Source: a virus
Taxonomy: Duplodnaviria; Heunggongvirae; Uroviricota; Caudoviricetes
Reading direction: 5' to 3' (one strand)
Length of the DNA stretch: 64,000 nucleotides
IMG/VR virus record: IMGVR_UViG_3300011242_000001
Span: 50,439-114,438 of that record
The notes beneath the pieces were generated by a model. That model saw only the letters and a list, made by a program, of their open reading frames with translations. It did not search any database and was not told where the DNA came from. Positions 9,973 through 19,614 of the stretch are shown here, piece after piece (positions within the stretch are counted from its first letter, which is position 1; each line of letters begins with the position of its first letter). Both the position numbers and the translations under genes were made by a program.

Positions 9973-10308
9973 ATGACAGACTATCCTGAAGGAACAACCC
10001 ATAAAAATCCATGGTTAAATCGTTACGGTTCAACTTGTTTTGACTGGTTTAAGATTGATCAGGAAACTGGAGAAGTTTTCCAATGGTATATTCCGTATAT
10101 GGAACATCAATATCGATGGGCCCCACCTTTATCACAAATGGTTAGTCGCGAAACATGGCACAAGACTTTAATTCCAGTTGACCAGGAATGTAAATTGGAA
10201 CCAAAGCCTTGGCATAAAGCGTCATATTTAGCTGGTGGTATATCTAAAGCTTATGACCGACCAGAAAACCCTTATTACCCTAACAGTACAGGATATCAAG
10301 GAGATTAA
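9973..10308 (+). CDS. hypothetical protein (Trp/Pro-rich)
   Basis: 111-aa ORF; AAAGGTG RBS. Confidence 0.45.
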   Translation: MTDYPEGTTHKNPWLNRYGSTCFDWFKIDQETGEVFQWYIPYMEHQYRWAPPLSQMVSRETWHKTLIPVDQECKLEPKPWHKASYLAGGISKAYDRPENPYYPNSTGYQGD

Positions 10309-10685
10309 ATTTTCTTTTTCTTCTTTTTTGGTTTACTGAAATTAATTGATACTTCATTATCTTCAGTGGTGATAGTAAGTTTTTTAGATTTATCACTTTC
10401 ATAATAAATGGTACCTTCAGACGTTATATCTAATTTATTAGCTAGTGCTTGAAGGGCCGTTTTTATAATATTTTTATGACCTAAACCAGTTACTGACATT
10501 CTATTAATATAAAAAATATTTTCAACATTTGGATGTGTGCTATATGTTTGTATAGTTACACCGCGCTGTTCTAAAAAAATAAAAATATCTTCTAAATCAA
10601 TTATATCATATTCGCTTGATAAAAGTAATTCGTCATTACTTGCAAAATAAGTAGTTGGCCCTTTTAAGAAATTTGTATATCCCAT
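10305..10685 (-). CDS. hypothetical protein with Lys-rich C-terminus and possible HhH-like GLGHK motif
   Basis: 126-aa ORF. Confidence 0.45.
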   Translation of the reverse strand: MGYTNFLKGPTTYFASNDELLLSSEYDIIDLEDIFIFLEQRGVTIQTYSTHPNVENIFYINRMSVTGLGHKNIIKTALQALANKLDITSEGTIYYESDKSKKLTITTEDNEVSINFSKPKKKKKKI

Positions 10686-10687
10686 TA

Positions 10688-10987
10688 TTATTCCTCGATG
10701 TTCAAAATATCTATTAATAGAATCTTTTCATATATACTATGCTTTTCTATTGGAAATATACAAATATATTTTTCATTTTTATAATTTGTATAAATACCTT
10801 CACTAAATGATTCAAATAATTCTTTTGTAATTTGTAGATGTTCAAACTTTTGATTTAATTCCCAATCATTAAATTTGAGCATACTAGCCCAATGTAAATT
10901 TAATGATTTAAAATAATCTGATGATTCAATTAATGCAATATCGGTATTTATTTCTTCATACGAAATAATATAAAGTACGTATTCCAT
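10688..10987 (-). CDS. hypothetical protein
   Basis: 99-aa ORF adjacent to the previous gene. Confidence 0.4.
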   Translation of the reverse strand: MEYVLYIISYEEINTDIALIESSDYFKSLNLHWASMLKFNDWELNQKFEHLQITKELFESFSEGIYTNYKNEKYICIFPIEKHSIYEKILLIDILNIEE

Positions 10988-11049
10988 TCATTTGCCTCGA
11001 CTACTTATATATTCTATTATTTATTCATTAAATGTATGTGCCTAAAATA

Positions 11050-11082
11050 GCTGTACAAACAAATATAAAAATATATAATTCG
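11050..11082 (+). promoter_or_regulatory. promoter-like TGTACA...AAATATAAAAATATATAAT upstream of polB part B
   Basis: TGTACA -35-like element and TATAAT -10-like element; member of a recurring motif. Confidence 0.3.
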
Positions 11083-11104
11083 ATTAAGAATGACAGGAGC
11101 AAAC

Positions 11105-12352
11105 ATGAATACTCAAATTTCAGATTTGAAATTTCAAATAACACAGCTGCAGCAATCTATTAAAGATTTAGATGATGAGTGTGAACGATATTCAGCAATG
11201 GAACAAGCCGTAAAGATTGTTTTAAACGGTGGATATGGAGCATTAGGGGCAGCTGCATTTAGATGGTATGACGAAACAATTGCGGAAGGTATTACTGCAA
11301 CCGGCCGTGTCGGAATACAATATATTACTAAAAAAATTAATGAATTTGTAAATGAGAAAGCCGGAACAGCCGGCATCGACTATGTTGTAAGTTCTGATAC
11401 AGATTCAGTTTATTTTGAAGTTGACGCAATTGTAAAACATAGATGGCCCGAAGTTACCGATAAACAGCAAATTACTGATTTAGTAAATGAATTTGCTGAA
11501 AATGAAGCTGGACCATATATTGATCAATGCTATAAAGATCTTTCCGATTATCTAAATTGCGACGTAAATTTATTAGATATGAAGCGCGAAGCAATTGCTG
11601 ATACATTTATTATCAGGGCCAAGAAAAATTATATCATGCGAGTATTTGATAATGAAGGAATTCGTTATGCTGATCCGTATTATAAAATGATGGGTATTGA
11701 AGTTGTTCGTACATCTCACCCACAAATGATTCGTGACGCTTTAGAGGATACTTTAAAGATGGTAATTGAAGGATCAGTTGAACAAGTTCGATCATATGTA
11801 AAAGAATTTAAAGCAAAGTTTATGAATTCGCCATTAAATCAGATTGCTGCACCCCGCGGTATTTCCGATATTACAAAATATATGAATAGCGAAGATTATT
11901 CAATTAAAGAATTTGAATATGTTACTAATGAATTTGGTAATAAAGTTAAATCTAAAATTACTATTCCAATTCATGTAAGAGCTGCTATTAATTATAATTA
12001 CCTAGTTAATAAATATAAGTTATCAAATAAATTTGAATTTATTAAAAACGGTTCTAAAATTAAATTTTTGCCATTAAAAGAGCCGAATCCAATTAAGAGC
12101 CATGTAATTGGATTCATTGATAATATTCCAACTGAATTTGGTTTAGATGAGTTTATTGATAAAGAAGCTCATTTTAATAAAATGTTCATTAGTCCGCTAG
12201 AAACTTTCTTAATTTATAATGGATGGACAATCCAGGAAAATACCTTATTAGATATGTTCGGATCATCCGATATTGATATGGCGACAGCTGCAATTAATAC
12301 AAAGAAAAAGACAATAAAAAAAGTCGATAAAAAGACAACTTCATTGTTTTAA
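11105..12352 (+). CDS. 43: family-B DNA polymerase, C-terminal fragment (gp43 part B: fingers motif B, palm motif C, thumb)
   Basis: KIVLNGGYGALG (motif B, KxxxNSxYG) and VVSSDTDSVYFEV (motif C, DTDS) align to T4 gp43 INSLYGALGN...YGDTDSIYVS; GGAG RBS before ATG; N-terminal 40 aa heptad-like (QISDLKFQITQLQQSIKDLDDE). Confidence 0.85.
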   Translation: MNTQISDLKFQITQLQQSIKDLDDECERYSAMEQAVKIVLNGGYGALGAAAFRWYDETIAEGITATGRVGIQYITKKINEFVNEKAGTAGIDYVVSSDTDSVYFEVDAIVKHRWPEVTDKQQITDLVNEFAENEAGPYIDQCYKDLSDYLNCDVNLLDMKREAIADTFIIRAKKNYIMRVFDNEGIRYADPYYKMMGIEVVRTSHPQMIRDALEDTLKMVIEGSVEQVRSYVKEFKAKFMNSPLNQIAAPRGISDITKYMNSEDYSIKEFEYVTNEFGNKVKSKITIPIHVRAAINYNYLVNKYKLSNKFEFIKNGSKIKFLPLKEPNPIKSHVIGFIDNIPTEFGLDEFIDKEAHFNKMFISPLETFLIYNGWTIQENTLLDMFGSSDIDMATAAINTKKKTIKKVDKKTTSLF

Positions 12353-12356
12353 AAAA

Positions 12357-12378
12357 AGGTCTTCGGACCTTTTTTTAA
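12357..12378 (+). terminator. rho-independent terminator
   Basis: AGGTCTTCGGACCT hairpin followed by TTTTTTT. Confidence 0.6.
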
Positions 12379-12465
12379 TGTATACACTTAGTTTTATTGT
12401 ACAAATATAAAAAATAATAGTAAAATATGTTCATTGGATTAGTTCAATATAATTGATTATACATA

Positions 12466-12500
12466 TATGTACAAATATAAATTTTAATATGCCTATAATA
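12466..12500 (+). promoter_or_regulatory. promoter-like ATGTACAAATATAAATTTTAAT...TATAAT upstream of uvsX
   Basis: Nearly identical to GTGTACAAATATAAAATTTTAT at 18559-18581; TATAAT downstream. Confidence 0.3.
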
Positions 12501-12561
12501 AAAGCAAGCGTGTAACGATTATAAATAGATGTTTAATTTATAATTCGGAGCATATATAATT

Positions 12562-13644
12562 ATGTCATTATTGGCAAAGTTAAAGAAAAATTCAACTATT
12601 AAAATGTCAAACTCAATGGCCGACTCTAAATTCTTTAATGAAAAAGATGCAGTTACCACTGATTTGCCATTATTAAATCTTGCATTATCTGGTTCTATTC
12701 ATGGTGGTTTAAGCTCTGGCTTAACTGTTGTTGCAGCTCCAAGTAAACACTTTAAATCAAATATTTCGCTATTTATGGTAGCGGCGTATATGAAAAAATA
12801 CCCTGAATCAGTATGTTTATTTTACGATTCAGAATTTGGTTCACCACCTGATTACTTACATTCATTTGATATTGATCTTGACCGCGTATTACATACACCT
12901 GTTGCTACTGTTGAAGAATTACGTTCAGACTTAACAGTTCAGCTTGATAACATTGAACGTGGTAAAGATAAAGTCGTAATTTTTATTGACTCTATTGGTA
13001 ACTTGGCATCTAAAAAAGAAACCCAAGATGCATTAGATGGTAAAGAAAAAGCGGATATGACTCGTGCTAAAACGATTAAATCATTATTCCGTATTGCTAC
13101 ACCACAATTTATTTTGAAAGACATTCCATGTATCGTAATTAACCATACGATTGAAACAATGGAAATGTTCTCTAAAACAGTTATGACTGGTGGTACTGGT
13201 ATTTTGTATTCTGCAAATACAGTTCTATTTGTGACTAAAGCACAAGAAAAAGATGGTACTGATCTTGCTGGATTTAAGTTTACCTTGGTAGCTGAAAAAT
13301 CACGTGCTGTTAAAGAACGTTCTAAATTCCCTCTTATTGTTACTTTCGAAAAAGGTATTAATAAGTATTCTGGTATGCTTGAATTGGCATCTGATTTAGA
13401 CTTTATCAGAAAACCAAAAATGGGATGGTATTCTCGTGTAATTGACGGCGTACAAGAAGAAAAATTGTGGCGTGCTAAAGATACAAGCACAACAGAATTC
13501 TGGAATCCTATTTTCAACGATCCAGCATTTGATGATGCATGTAAAGCAAAATATCGTTTATCTTCAGGCGCGAAAGTTACCGAAGATAGTATCGAAGAAG
13601 AATATGAATCCGATCTCGATTATGTCGATGATATGGACTATTAA
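12562..13644 (+). CDS. uvsX: UvsX RecA-like recombinase
   Basis: Near-colinear match to T4 UvsX (SKFFNEKD, GGLSSGL, FYDSEFG, DSIGNLASKKETQDAL, MTRAKT.KSLFRI, WRAKDT); GGAG RBS. Confidence 0.9.
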   Translation: MSLLAKLKKNSTIKMSNSMADSKFFNEKDAVTTDLPLLNLALSGSIHGGLSSGLTVVAAPSKHFKSNISLFMVAAYMKKYPESVCLFYDSEFGSPPDYLHSFDIDLDRVLHTPVATVEELRSDLTVQLDNIERGKDKVVIFIDSIGNLASKKETQDALDGKEKADMTRAKTIKSLFRIATPQFILKDIPCIVINHTIETMEMFSKTVMTGGTGILYSANTVLFVTKAQEKDGTDLAGFKFTLVAEKSRAVKERSKFPLIVTFEKGINKYSGMLELASDLDFIRKPKMGWYSRVIDGVQEEKLWRAKDTSTTEFWNPIFNDPAFDDACKAKYRLSSGAKVTEDSIEEEYESDLDYVDDMDY

Positions 13645-13645
13645 T

Positions 13646-13676
13646 AAAAAGGACTCTTAATTGAGTCCTTTTTATT
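13646..13676 (+). terminator. rho-independent terminator
   Basis: GGACTC-ttaatt-GAGTCC hairpin plus T-run. Confidence 0.6.
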
Positions 13677-13737
13677 TGTATGTACAATAATTAAATCTTA
13701 CGGCATAATATTTTTATTATATATAGGAATAGCGACT

Positions 13738-14181
13738 ATGAGCGAGCAATTTACAATACAATCAGTTGCACTTACTTCTAATACAAATATTGAAAACCTA
13801 TGTCTTGTCGGTTTTTTAGGCGATCTAGATTTATCAATTGAATACGTGTCGTCTTCTTATATTCATGAGAAAATTAATAAAACATTTTTAATTTTAGATG
13901 AATGCGAGGATTATATCCATAAGTTATTAGATAATAAAAACCGCTATTTTGAATTAAAATATATTTTAACACCTGATGAATTAAAGCTAATATTTAATGA
14001 TCAGATTGATATTTATGAAAGCGGTGAAATTGATAATATTAATGTCAATCAAATTAAAGAAGTTGAACAATTACGTTATATTTTATGGCGTAACGATAAA
14101 AGACATCAATTTAATAGTAAAAATGAACTTATTGGTTATTTGATTGATTATATTGAGTTAGATATTTTTATTAAAGAATAA
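13738..14181 (+). CDS. hypothetical protein
   Basis: 147-aa ORF; AGGAAT RBS. Confidence 0.45.
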   Translation: MSEQFTIQSVALTSNTNIENLCLVGFLGDLDLSIEYVSSSYIHEKINKTFLILDECEDYIHKLLDNKNRYFELKYILTPDELKLIFNDQIDIYESGEIDNINVNQIKEVEQLRYILWRNDKRHQFNSKNELIGYLIDYIELDIFIKE

Positions 14182-14204
14182 TAATCTTTAAATATAATAT
14201 AAAA

Positions 14205-14228
14205 GGATACATTCGTGTATCCTTTTTA
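14205..14228 (+). terminator. rho-independent terminator
   Basis: GGATACA-ttcg-TGTATCC hairpin plus TTTTT. Confidence 0.55.
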
Positions 14229-14258
14229 ATAACAATAAATAAAGCCTGGAGAATTATT

Positions 14259-14645
14259 GTGTCATTTGTAGAATTTTTAAAAAATGAAACTGAACTTATT
14301 AATGAGAGTTGTAAAGTAAAAATTACTGATGAATTAAAAGCATTGGTAACTAAAGAATTACATAATGGATATTTTGGAGCCGAACATCGTCATCTTATTA
14401 AAATTAAAAAAGTTGACGATAGTAAATATTATGCATTAGTCGGCCATCATGTTGATGAGCATCAAGTTAGTTTGTCAAATATAGAAGGCTTAAAAGTCGG
14501 CGACGAAATTTATGAAATATTCGAATTTGATGGTATCGAAGAACATAATATAAGAGCAGTCGATATTATACCTGGTGAAGATGATTCTGGTATCTATACT
14601 AGTAAAACAAAAGCGTTAGAATATTTTAACTCATTAAAAAGTTAA
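14259..14645 (+). CDS. hypothetical protein, GTG start, weak CTS-like N-terminus (MSFVEFLKNE)
   Basis: GGAG RBS 8 nt before GTG; 128 aa. Confidence 0.45.
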   Translation: MSFVEFLKNETELINESCKVKITDELKALVTKELHNGYFGAEHRHLIKIKKVDDSKYYALVGHHVDEHQVSLSNIEGLKVGDEIYEIFEFDGIEEHNIRAVDIIPGEDDSGIYTSKTKALEYFNSLKS

Positions 14646-14672
14646 AAAAAGGACCACACGGTCCTTTTTAAA
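14646..14672. terminator. bidirectional rho-independent terminator (GGACC-acac-GGTCC)
   Basis: Hairpin flanked by A-run and T-run between convergent genes. Confidence 0.6.
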
Positions 14673-14682
14673 TTCTTATATT

Positions 14683-14922
14683 TTATGCAATGATATGGAA
14701 ATCAAAGTGAATACCAAGTGATACTGCTTCAGTGCCAATCGCAACTGGGATAAAACGACCATAATGATTTTTATTATTGCAGTTATCTTCGTCTAATTTT
14801 ACCACGATATAAGAAATATCAACTTGACCATATTTTTTTAAAAACGCGGCACTTGCATTTTCGTATGAAGCATAAGTTTTAGTAGTTGAACATGTATCTA
14901 ATTTACGTAAGGTTGCAGCCAT
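14683..14922 (-). CDS. hypothetical protein
   Basis: 79-aa ORF. Confidence 0.4.
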   Translation of the reverse strand: MAATLRKLDTCSTTKTYASYENASAAFLKKYGQVDISYIVVKLDEDNCNNKNHYGRFIPVAIGTEAVSLGIHFDFHIIA

Positions 14923-15009
14923 GATATTTACTCCATCGAGTCAGTATGTTTATTTGATAAAATCATTATACCACAAAAATTTTATTTGTGTATACGTTTT
15001 TTTAAATTA

Positions 15010-15321
15010 TTATCGAATATAAATTTCGCCATTTAAATGTTTAACAAGAGATAAACAATCTTTTTCGCTAGATACAGTAGGATCTAAGCTTACTAGATTT
15101 TTTACAACGCCAGTTGATTTTTCAACAGTTAATTCTATATAACGAGTATTAATTAATACGTCATGGTCGTTAGTTGTGGCTAATACTGTAATACGACGTT
15201 GACTTCCATCATTAAGAGTCCAATATTCACCATTATCAAGCATTGAAACTACAGTTGAAATTACTAAATTTTCCATATTTTTACTCCAGCAAGTATATTT
15301 GATATGGACATCATACCGCAA
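15010..15321 (-). CDS. hypothetical protein
   Basis: 103-aa ORF. Confidence 0.45.
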   Translation of the reverse strand: MRYDVHIKYTCWSKNMENLVISTVVSMLDNGEYWTLNDGSQRRITVLATTNDHDVLINTRYIELTVEKSTGVVKNLVSLDPTVSSEKDCLSLVKHLNGEIYIR

Positions 15322-15437
15322 TAATTTAATTGTGTATACGTTTTTAATAACTCAAAATAAAATCATATATGTATATACAAATATATGCGTACATAATATA
15401 ATGACGATAACTTAAATGATCCATATGGATAAACTCA

Positions 15438-15713
15438 ATGAAAGACACCGTTTTAATTTTTAAAATTGACGATACTATCTATCACGTAGAGATTCCTGCT
15501 ATGTATAATGATAGAGCTATTCCTGCGAATGTCATAAATCAATTTGACGCTGCAATTTTAGAAGATAAAATTAATAAAGGTCATTTTGTTGATATCCATA
15601 AAATTGAATATGCGTATCGAGTGAACCGTACAAAGCAAATTATGTATAAAGACTTTGATCGTGCAATTCAATTTAAATCATCTGATGTAAAAGAATTTTT
15701 ATCAAAATTATAA
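15438..15713 (+). CDS. hypothetical protein
   Basis: 91-aa ORF. Confidence 0.4.
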   Translation: MKDTVLIFKIDDTIYHVEIPAMYNDRAIPANVINQFDAAILEDKINKGHFVDIHKIEYAYRVNRTKQIMYKDFDRAIQFKSSDVKEFLSKL

Positions 15714-15721
15714 GGTACTAT

Positions 15722-16081
15722 ATGAAAACAGTAAAATTTTTAATTAATGGTAATCTATTTGGATTTGCCACAGATAGTAATGATGAATGGCAACATATAG
15801 TTTGTACGCAGATTGTGCAAATGTGTGAATTTGTATCTATTGGCGATGATATTATTAAATGCCGTTATCCTAATAAATATACAGTACATGCAGATATTAA
15901 TGAACAATATAATCAAGGTCATTTTACGCAATTACCGGTTAATGTATTAAAGCCTTCGAGATTTGATTCTTTAATATATGATAATTTAACTGGCTTCCCT
16001 GAAAGAAATAATCATTTGATGGGATATGATCACATTCGTAATATTTTTGATTTACTCATTAAAAAAGATATTCTTGTTTAA
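15722..16081 (+). CDS. hypothetical protein
   Basis: 119-aa ORF; AAGGT RBS. Confidence 0.45.
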   Translation: MKTVKFLINGNLFGFATDSNDEWQHIVCTQIVQMCEFVSIGDDIIKCRYPNKYTVHADINEQYNQGHFTQLPVNVLKPSRFDSLIYDNLTGFPERNNHLMGYDHIRNIFDLLIKKDILV

Positions 16082-16083
16082 TA

Positions 16084-16108
16084 AAAAAGGACCTTAAGGT
16101 CCTTTTTT
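16084..16108. terminator. bidirectional rho-independent terminator (GGACC-ttaa-GGTCC)
   Basis: Hairpin with flanking A/T runs between convergent genes. Confidence 0.6.
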
Positions 16109-16121
16109 AATTTTAAAACTA

Positions 16122-16556
16122 TTAACACAAAGCACGTAACACTTTGAGCTGTGATGCTAAGATACGTGGAGCACCATCACCTAACTGGATCGATTTAGCG
16201 GTTGCAATTGTTGATACAAACACTAAAGCACCATTGGATGCGGCATCATAAATACCGAGTGAAACCACTGTTCCCCAGTTACCAGTTGGGACTGGAAAGA
16301 TTAATTCAGCTGTATTGTTATATTCCTGGTTAGTACCGGTTGGTCCAGTCCAAGTACCAGCAACGCGAGGCAACTCTACACGTGAATATCCTGTACCTGA
16401 CGCCGAAACCTCTACGCCGCCAGTACCATTTAGGTTAGGTGTTGTAGTAAATAACGCAAGCCATAAGCTTGATGGCATTGAAGGCATCGCGACACCTTTT
16501 AAAAGGTAGTCGAGGAAATTCTGTGAGGTTGTATAAGAGAGCGTACTAGAAGGCAT
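16122..16556 (-). CDS. hypothetical Gly/Thr/Pro-rich protein in a locally GC-rich segment
   Basis: 144-aa ORF; the segment reads clearly GC-richer than its flanks by eye; beta-rich, fibre-like composition. Confidence 0.45.
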   Translation of the reverse strand: MPSSTLSYTTSQNFLDYLLKGVAMPSMPSSLWLALFTTTPNLNGTGGVEVSASGTGYSRVELPRVAGTWTGPTGTNQEYNNTAELIFPVPTGNWGTVVSLGIYDAASNGALVFVSTIATAKSIQLGDGAPRILASQLKVLRALC

Positions 16557-16675
16557 GTATAATTCCTCAATTTGATTTTTTATAATTATATTTATGCAAC
16601 TTATTTATGTACTTTTAATTATATTTGCTTTAATATAAGTATGTTTTGTAACCTTCTAAAATTGGTATTTAAATC

Positions 16676-16858
16676 ATGCATAATAAATTTGCTGACGCCG
16701 CTAAAGCTAAATCTGAATTGCCACGTAAAGAATGTATTCCTTATATTACAAAAGATGATACATCTATTAAATATGATTGGTTCACACAAGAAGAATTTCA
16801 AAAAACTGGATATATCCAGGTTAATTTATCAGGTTTTGCCGATCATAAAGATGAATAA
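16676..16858 (+). CDS. small hypothetical protein
   Basis: 60-aa ORF. Confidence 0.3.
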   Translation: MHNKFADAAKAKSELPRKECIPYITKDDTSIKYDWFTQEEFQKTGYIQVNLSGFADHKDE

Positions 16859-16867
16859 GGACTATAA

Positions 16868-17098
16868 ATGATAAAATGTTTATTAAAATCTCTAGCGTGG
16901 CGCATTTTAGATAAAGAATTGCGTCAACATTATATTCAGCGATCACACTTCAATGAATATACTAAATGGATGAGTCGAGATTTTCCTATCATGGAAGATA
17001 TGTTTGAACATTTTAAAGATGAGCCATATGGACAAGCTCGTCGCATTGATGTTCATAGAGAAGAAATGAAAGAAAAATATTTTCCTAAAGAAAAATAA
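16868..17098 (+). CDS. small hypothetical protein
   Basis: 76-aa ORF followed by a hairpin terminator. Confidence 0.35.
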   Translation: MIKCLLKSLAWRILDKELRQHYIQRSHFNEYTKWMSRDFPIMEDMFEHFKDEPYGQARRIDVHREEMKEKYFPKEK

Positions 17099-17118
17099 TT
17101 AGGAAATATTTTATTAAA

Positions 17119-17145
17119 AGGTCTATTTATAGACCTTTTATTTTT
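17119..17145 (+). terminator. rho-independent terminator
   Basis: AGGTCTAT-ttat-AGACCT hairpin plus T-run. Confidence 0.55.
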
Positions 17146-17210
17146 ACCAATATAATTGTACATACAAATTTATATATGGTATTATTACTTTACTTTAGAT
17201 ATGAGCCTAT

Positions 17211-18236
17211 ATGATGAATATTTTAAATTTATCGGCTAAAGATATTTTAGCGATTAAAATATTTTCTGAAATGTTCACCGGAACAGAAGATGAAAATAAA
17301 AAAACATATCGTATGCTTTTAAAAAAATGGCATCCAGATATGAATAGTACGGATACAAGCGATGTATTTGTACATATTACACAATTGTATGATAGCTTAT
17401 CTATTAATATAATTCCGAAATCTGTAGAGATTAACGGCAAGTCATATGATTATATATATGATGTTGTAAAAGATTTATATACAATTTACTATACTGATAA
17501 TGGTACAGGATTTTTAATTAAGTTCAATCAAAAAGCAGATGGACTTAAACAAAATTATAAATCTAATTTAACTAAGCTTCAATCTTTATTGAAAAATCAT
17601 AAATTTGAAGATCGTTATAAAGATTTGTTATCTTGTAATATTTATGAAAATAAAGAATTTGCAAAAATCAGAGTACCTGCAGGTTATGTTCCTTTAAACC
17701 TGGCTTTAAAATATATTATATCTTTTAAAGATTGGAAAATTTCAGCATACATTATTTCGCGTTTATATGATACAGCGTTATTGTATAAAAATGCAGGTCT
17801 ATCATGTATCGGATTTGATCCTGATTTTATCTTTTTAGATACTAAAAAACATCAAATTATTGATTTATCAGCATTATTTTTCTCTACTGAGAGCAATAAA
17901 TCTTTAAGTCTTGCACTTACTCCAATGCAAGCATCCGCATTTATTAAAGATGACCTACAAAATAAAAAGTGTAGTGATGATTCTATTAATAGTATGATTA
18001 ATTCATTAGGCTTAATGTTATCAGGTGATTTAAATCGATTTGGTAATATTAATGTATTAGATGATTCTGCAAATAAAGAAATGGTTAAAATTATTAGTGG
18101 TATTGGTATTAATGTTCCAATTCGCAATAATTATGAAGCATGGCAAACTAAACTAGTACAACGTATTTTTAATGAAAGATCTTTTTATAAAAAAGAAATT
18201 GTATTTGGTGATTTAACAAAATATATTGGTAATTAA
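17211..18236 (+). CDS. J-domain (DnaJ-like) protein
   Basis: N-terminal segment KKTYRMLLKKWHPDMN...QLYDSL matches the J-domain helix II/III with an invariant HPD tripeptide; 341 aa. Confidence 0.6.
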   Translation: MMNILNLSAKDILAIKIFSEMFTGTEDENKKTYRMLLKKWHPDMNSTDTSDVFVHITQLYDSLSINIIPKSVEINGKSYDYIYDVVKDLYTIYYTDNGTGFLIKFNQKADGLKQNYKSNLTKLQSLLKNHKFEDRYKDLLSCNIYENKEFAKIRVPAGYVPLNLALKYIISFKDWKISAYIISRLYDTALLYKNAGLSCIGFDPDFIFLDTKKHQIIDLSALFFSTESNKSLSLALTPMQASAFIKDDLQNKKCSDDSINSMINSLGLMLSGDLNRFGNINVLDDSANKEMVKIISGIGINVPIRNNYEAWQTKLVQRIFNERSFYKKEIVFGDLTKYIGN

Positions 18237-18237
18237 T

Positions 18238-18552
18238 ATGAATATTCAAATTGATGAAATTATTAAAGCATTAAATTATATCTCTGAAAGTACACGGGAT
18301 ATTAAAGCTTTTAACTTTAATAAATTTATTTCAATTTATCAACGACCAACAATTATGCCTCGGGAAGGTGTACTAGTTGGGCAATATGAAAAATGGTGTT
18401 ATAAAAAGATTTATTTTTTATCATGCTTCGGCGTTAACATTCAGCTGTTTTCATATTGGGAAGATGAGGTTGTATTTACTGAACAACATGCGAATGATAT
18501 TTTAAATCATATCCGCAACACGCTTGAAGAAATTAAACACATTTATTTTTAA
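18238..18552 (+). CDS. hypothetical protein
   Basis: ATG overlapping the upstream stop; the track ORF from 18226 uses a TTG. Confidence 0.4.
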   Translation: MNIQIDEIIKALNYISESTRDIKAFNFNKFISIYQRPTIMPREGVLVGQYEKWCYKKIYFLSCFGVNIQLFSYWEDEVVFTEQHANDILNHIRNTLEEIKHIYF

Positions 18553-18558
18553 AATCGC

Positions 18559-18600
18559 GTGTACAAATATAAAATTTTATAGCATTATATTTGTACATAC
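18559..18600 (+). promoter_or_regulatory. promoter-like motif upstream of the vWA gene
   Basis: GTGTACAAATATAAAATTTTAT...TTGTACATAC. Confidence 0.3.
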
Positions 18601-18630
18601 TTTAAAACAAACGTTACGAGGAGTAACAAT

Positions 18631-19551
18631 ATGGGTGGTTCATCTTTTAATTATGATGATTGGCAACAGTCTTCAGCAACGACTAAAACACAATCGATTA
18701 ATCAAATTTATAGCTCATCTCTACAAGATGATGTAAATCCACTATTAATTAAAAATGGTGTACGTGAATCATGTGATAGCGATGCTAATCCTAATTCAAC
18801 GCCTATTATTATTGGTCTTGATGCAACTGGTAGTATGCAAACTATTCCAGAATACATGATCAAAACCGGCCTGGGTGAAATGTTTAAATCTATTTATGAA
18901 CGTCAACCAGTAACAGACCCACAAGTTTTATTCTGTACAATCGGGGACGTAATTGCAGGCGATCCTGCACCATTGCAAGTCGGCCAATTTGAATCTCAAT
19001 GTGATCTTCTCATTGATGGACTAAAAAAATTCTGGCTTGACGGTTGTTGGGGTGGTGGTAATGATAAAGAAAGCTATGACCTACCATATTATTTTGCAAT
19101 TAACAAAACCCGTACTGACGCATTAATTAAACGCGGCAAAAAAGGTTATCTAATTACTATTGGTGATGAGCCACCTCCACAATTATTAAAACGCGAACAT
19201 ATTGATAAAGTATTTGGCGGTCGAGCTGAAGGCGACTTTACATTTGAACAATTAGTGACACAGGTCCGTCGTTCATATATTCCAATTCATATTGTAATTG
19301 AACAAGGTAGTCATGTTCAATCATATGGATTAGATCATGTATATAGCCCATGGAAACGCTTATTGGGTGAAGATGCGATCGTTTGTAGCGATTATACTAA
19401 ATTGGCCGAAATTATTACTAGTATTTTACAAGTAAAAGCTGGTATTAATACTAACGATGTAATTAATAGTTGGGATGGTAGCACTTCAGTTGCTGTTGCT
19501 AAAGCAATTGGTTCGCTTACAACAACACAAGATACAAGCGTTGTATTTTAA
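18631..19551 (+). CDS. von Willebrand factor A (vWA)-like domain protein
   Basis: IIIGLDATGSM (MIDAS DxTGS), downstream TIGD and ITIGDE motifs; GAGGAG RBS; 306 aa. Confidence 0.5.
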   Translation: MGGSSFNYDDWQQSSATTKTQSINQIYSSSLQDDVNPLLIKNGVRESCDSDANPNSTPIIIGLDATGSMQTIPEYMIKTGLGEMFKSIYERQPVTDPQVLFCTIGDVIAGDPAPLQVGQFESQCDLLIDGLKKFWLDGCWGGGNDKESYDLPYYFAINKTRTDALIKRGKKGYLITIGDEPPPQLLKREHIDKVFGGRAEGDFTFEQLVTQVRRSYIPIHIVIEQGSHVQSYGLDHVYSPWKRLLGEDAIVCSDYTKLAEIITSILQVKAGINTNDVINSWDGSTSVAVAKAIGSLTTTQDTSVVF

Positions 19552-19614
19552 TAATTGAAGGTTGGATGCTGTAATAAATATTATTATGGCATCCAATATT
19601 AAGTGGTATAATAA

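Noticed and set aside
12939-13517. 192-aa ORF antisense to uvsX
   Set aside because: Entirely inside the strongly supported uvsX coding region on the opposite strand; no RBS; product has no motifs.
16572-16871. Overlapping 60-99-aa ORFs in the AT-rich gap after the GC-rich gene
   Set aside because: Mutually overlapping, Ile/Asn/Lys-rich, no RBS; typical noise in AT-rich intergenic DNA. Only 16676..16858 was kept, at low confidence.
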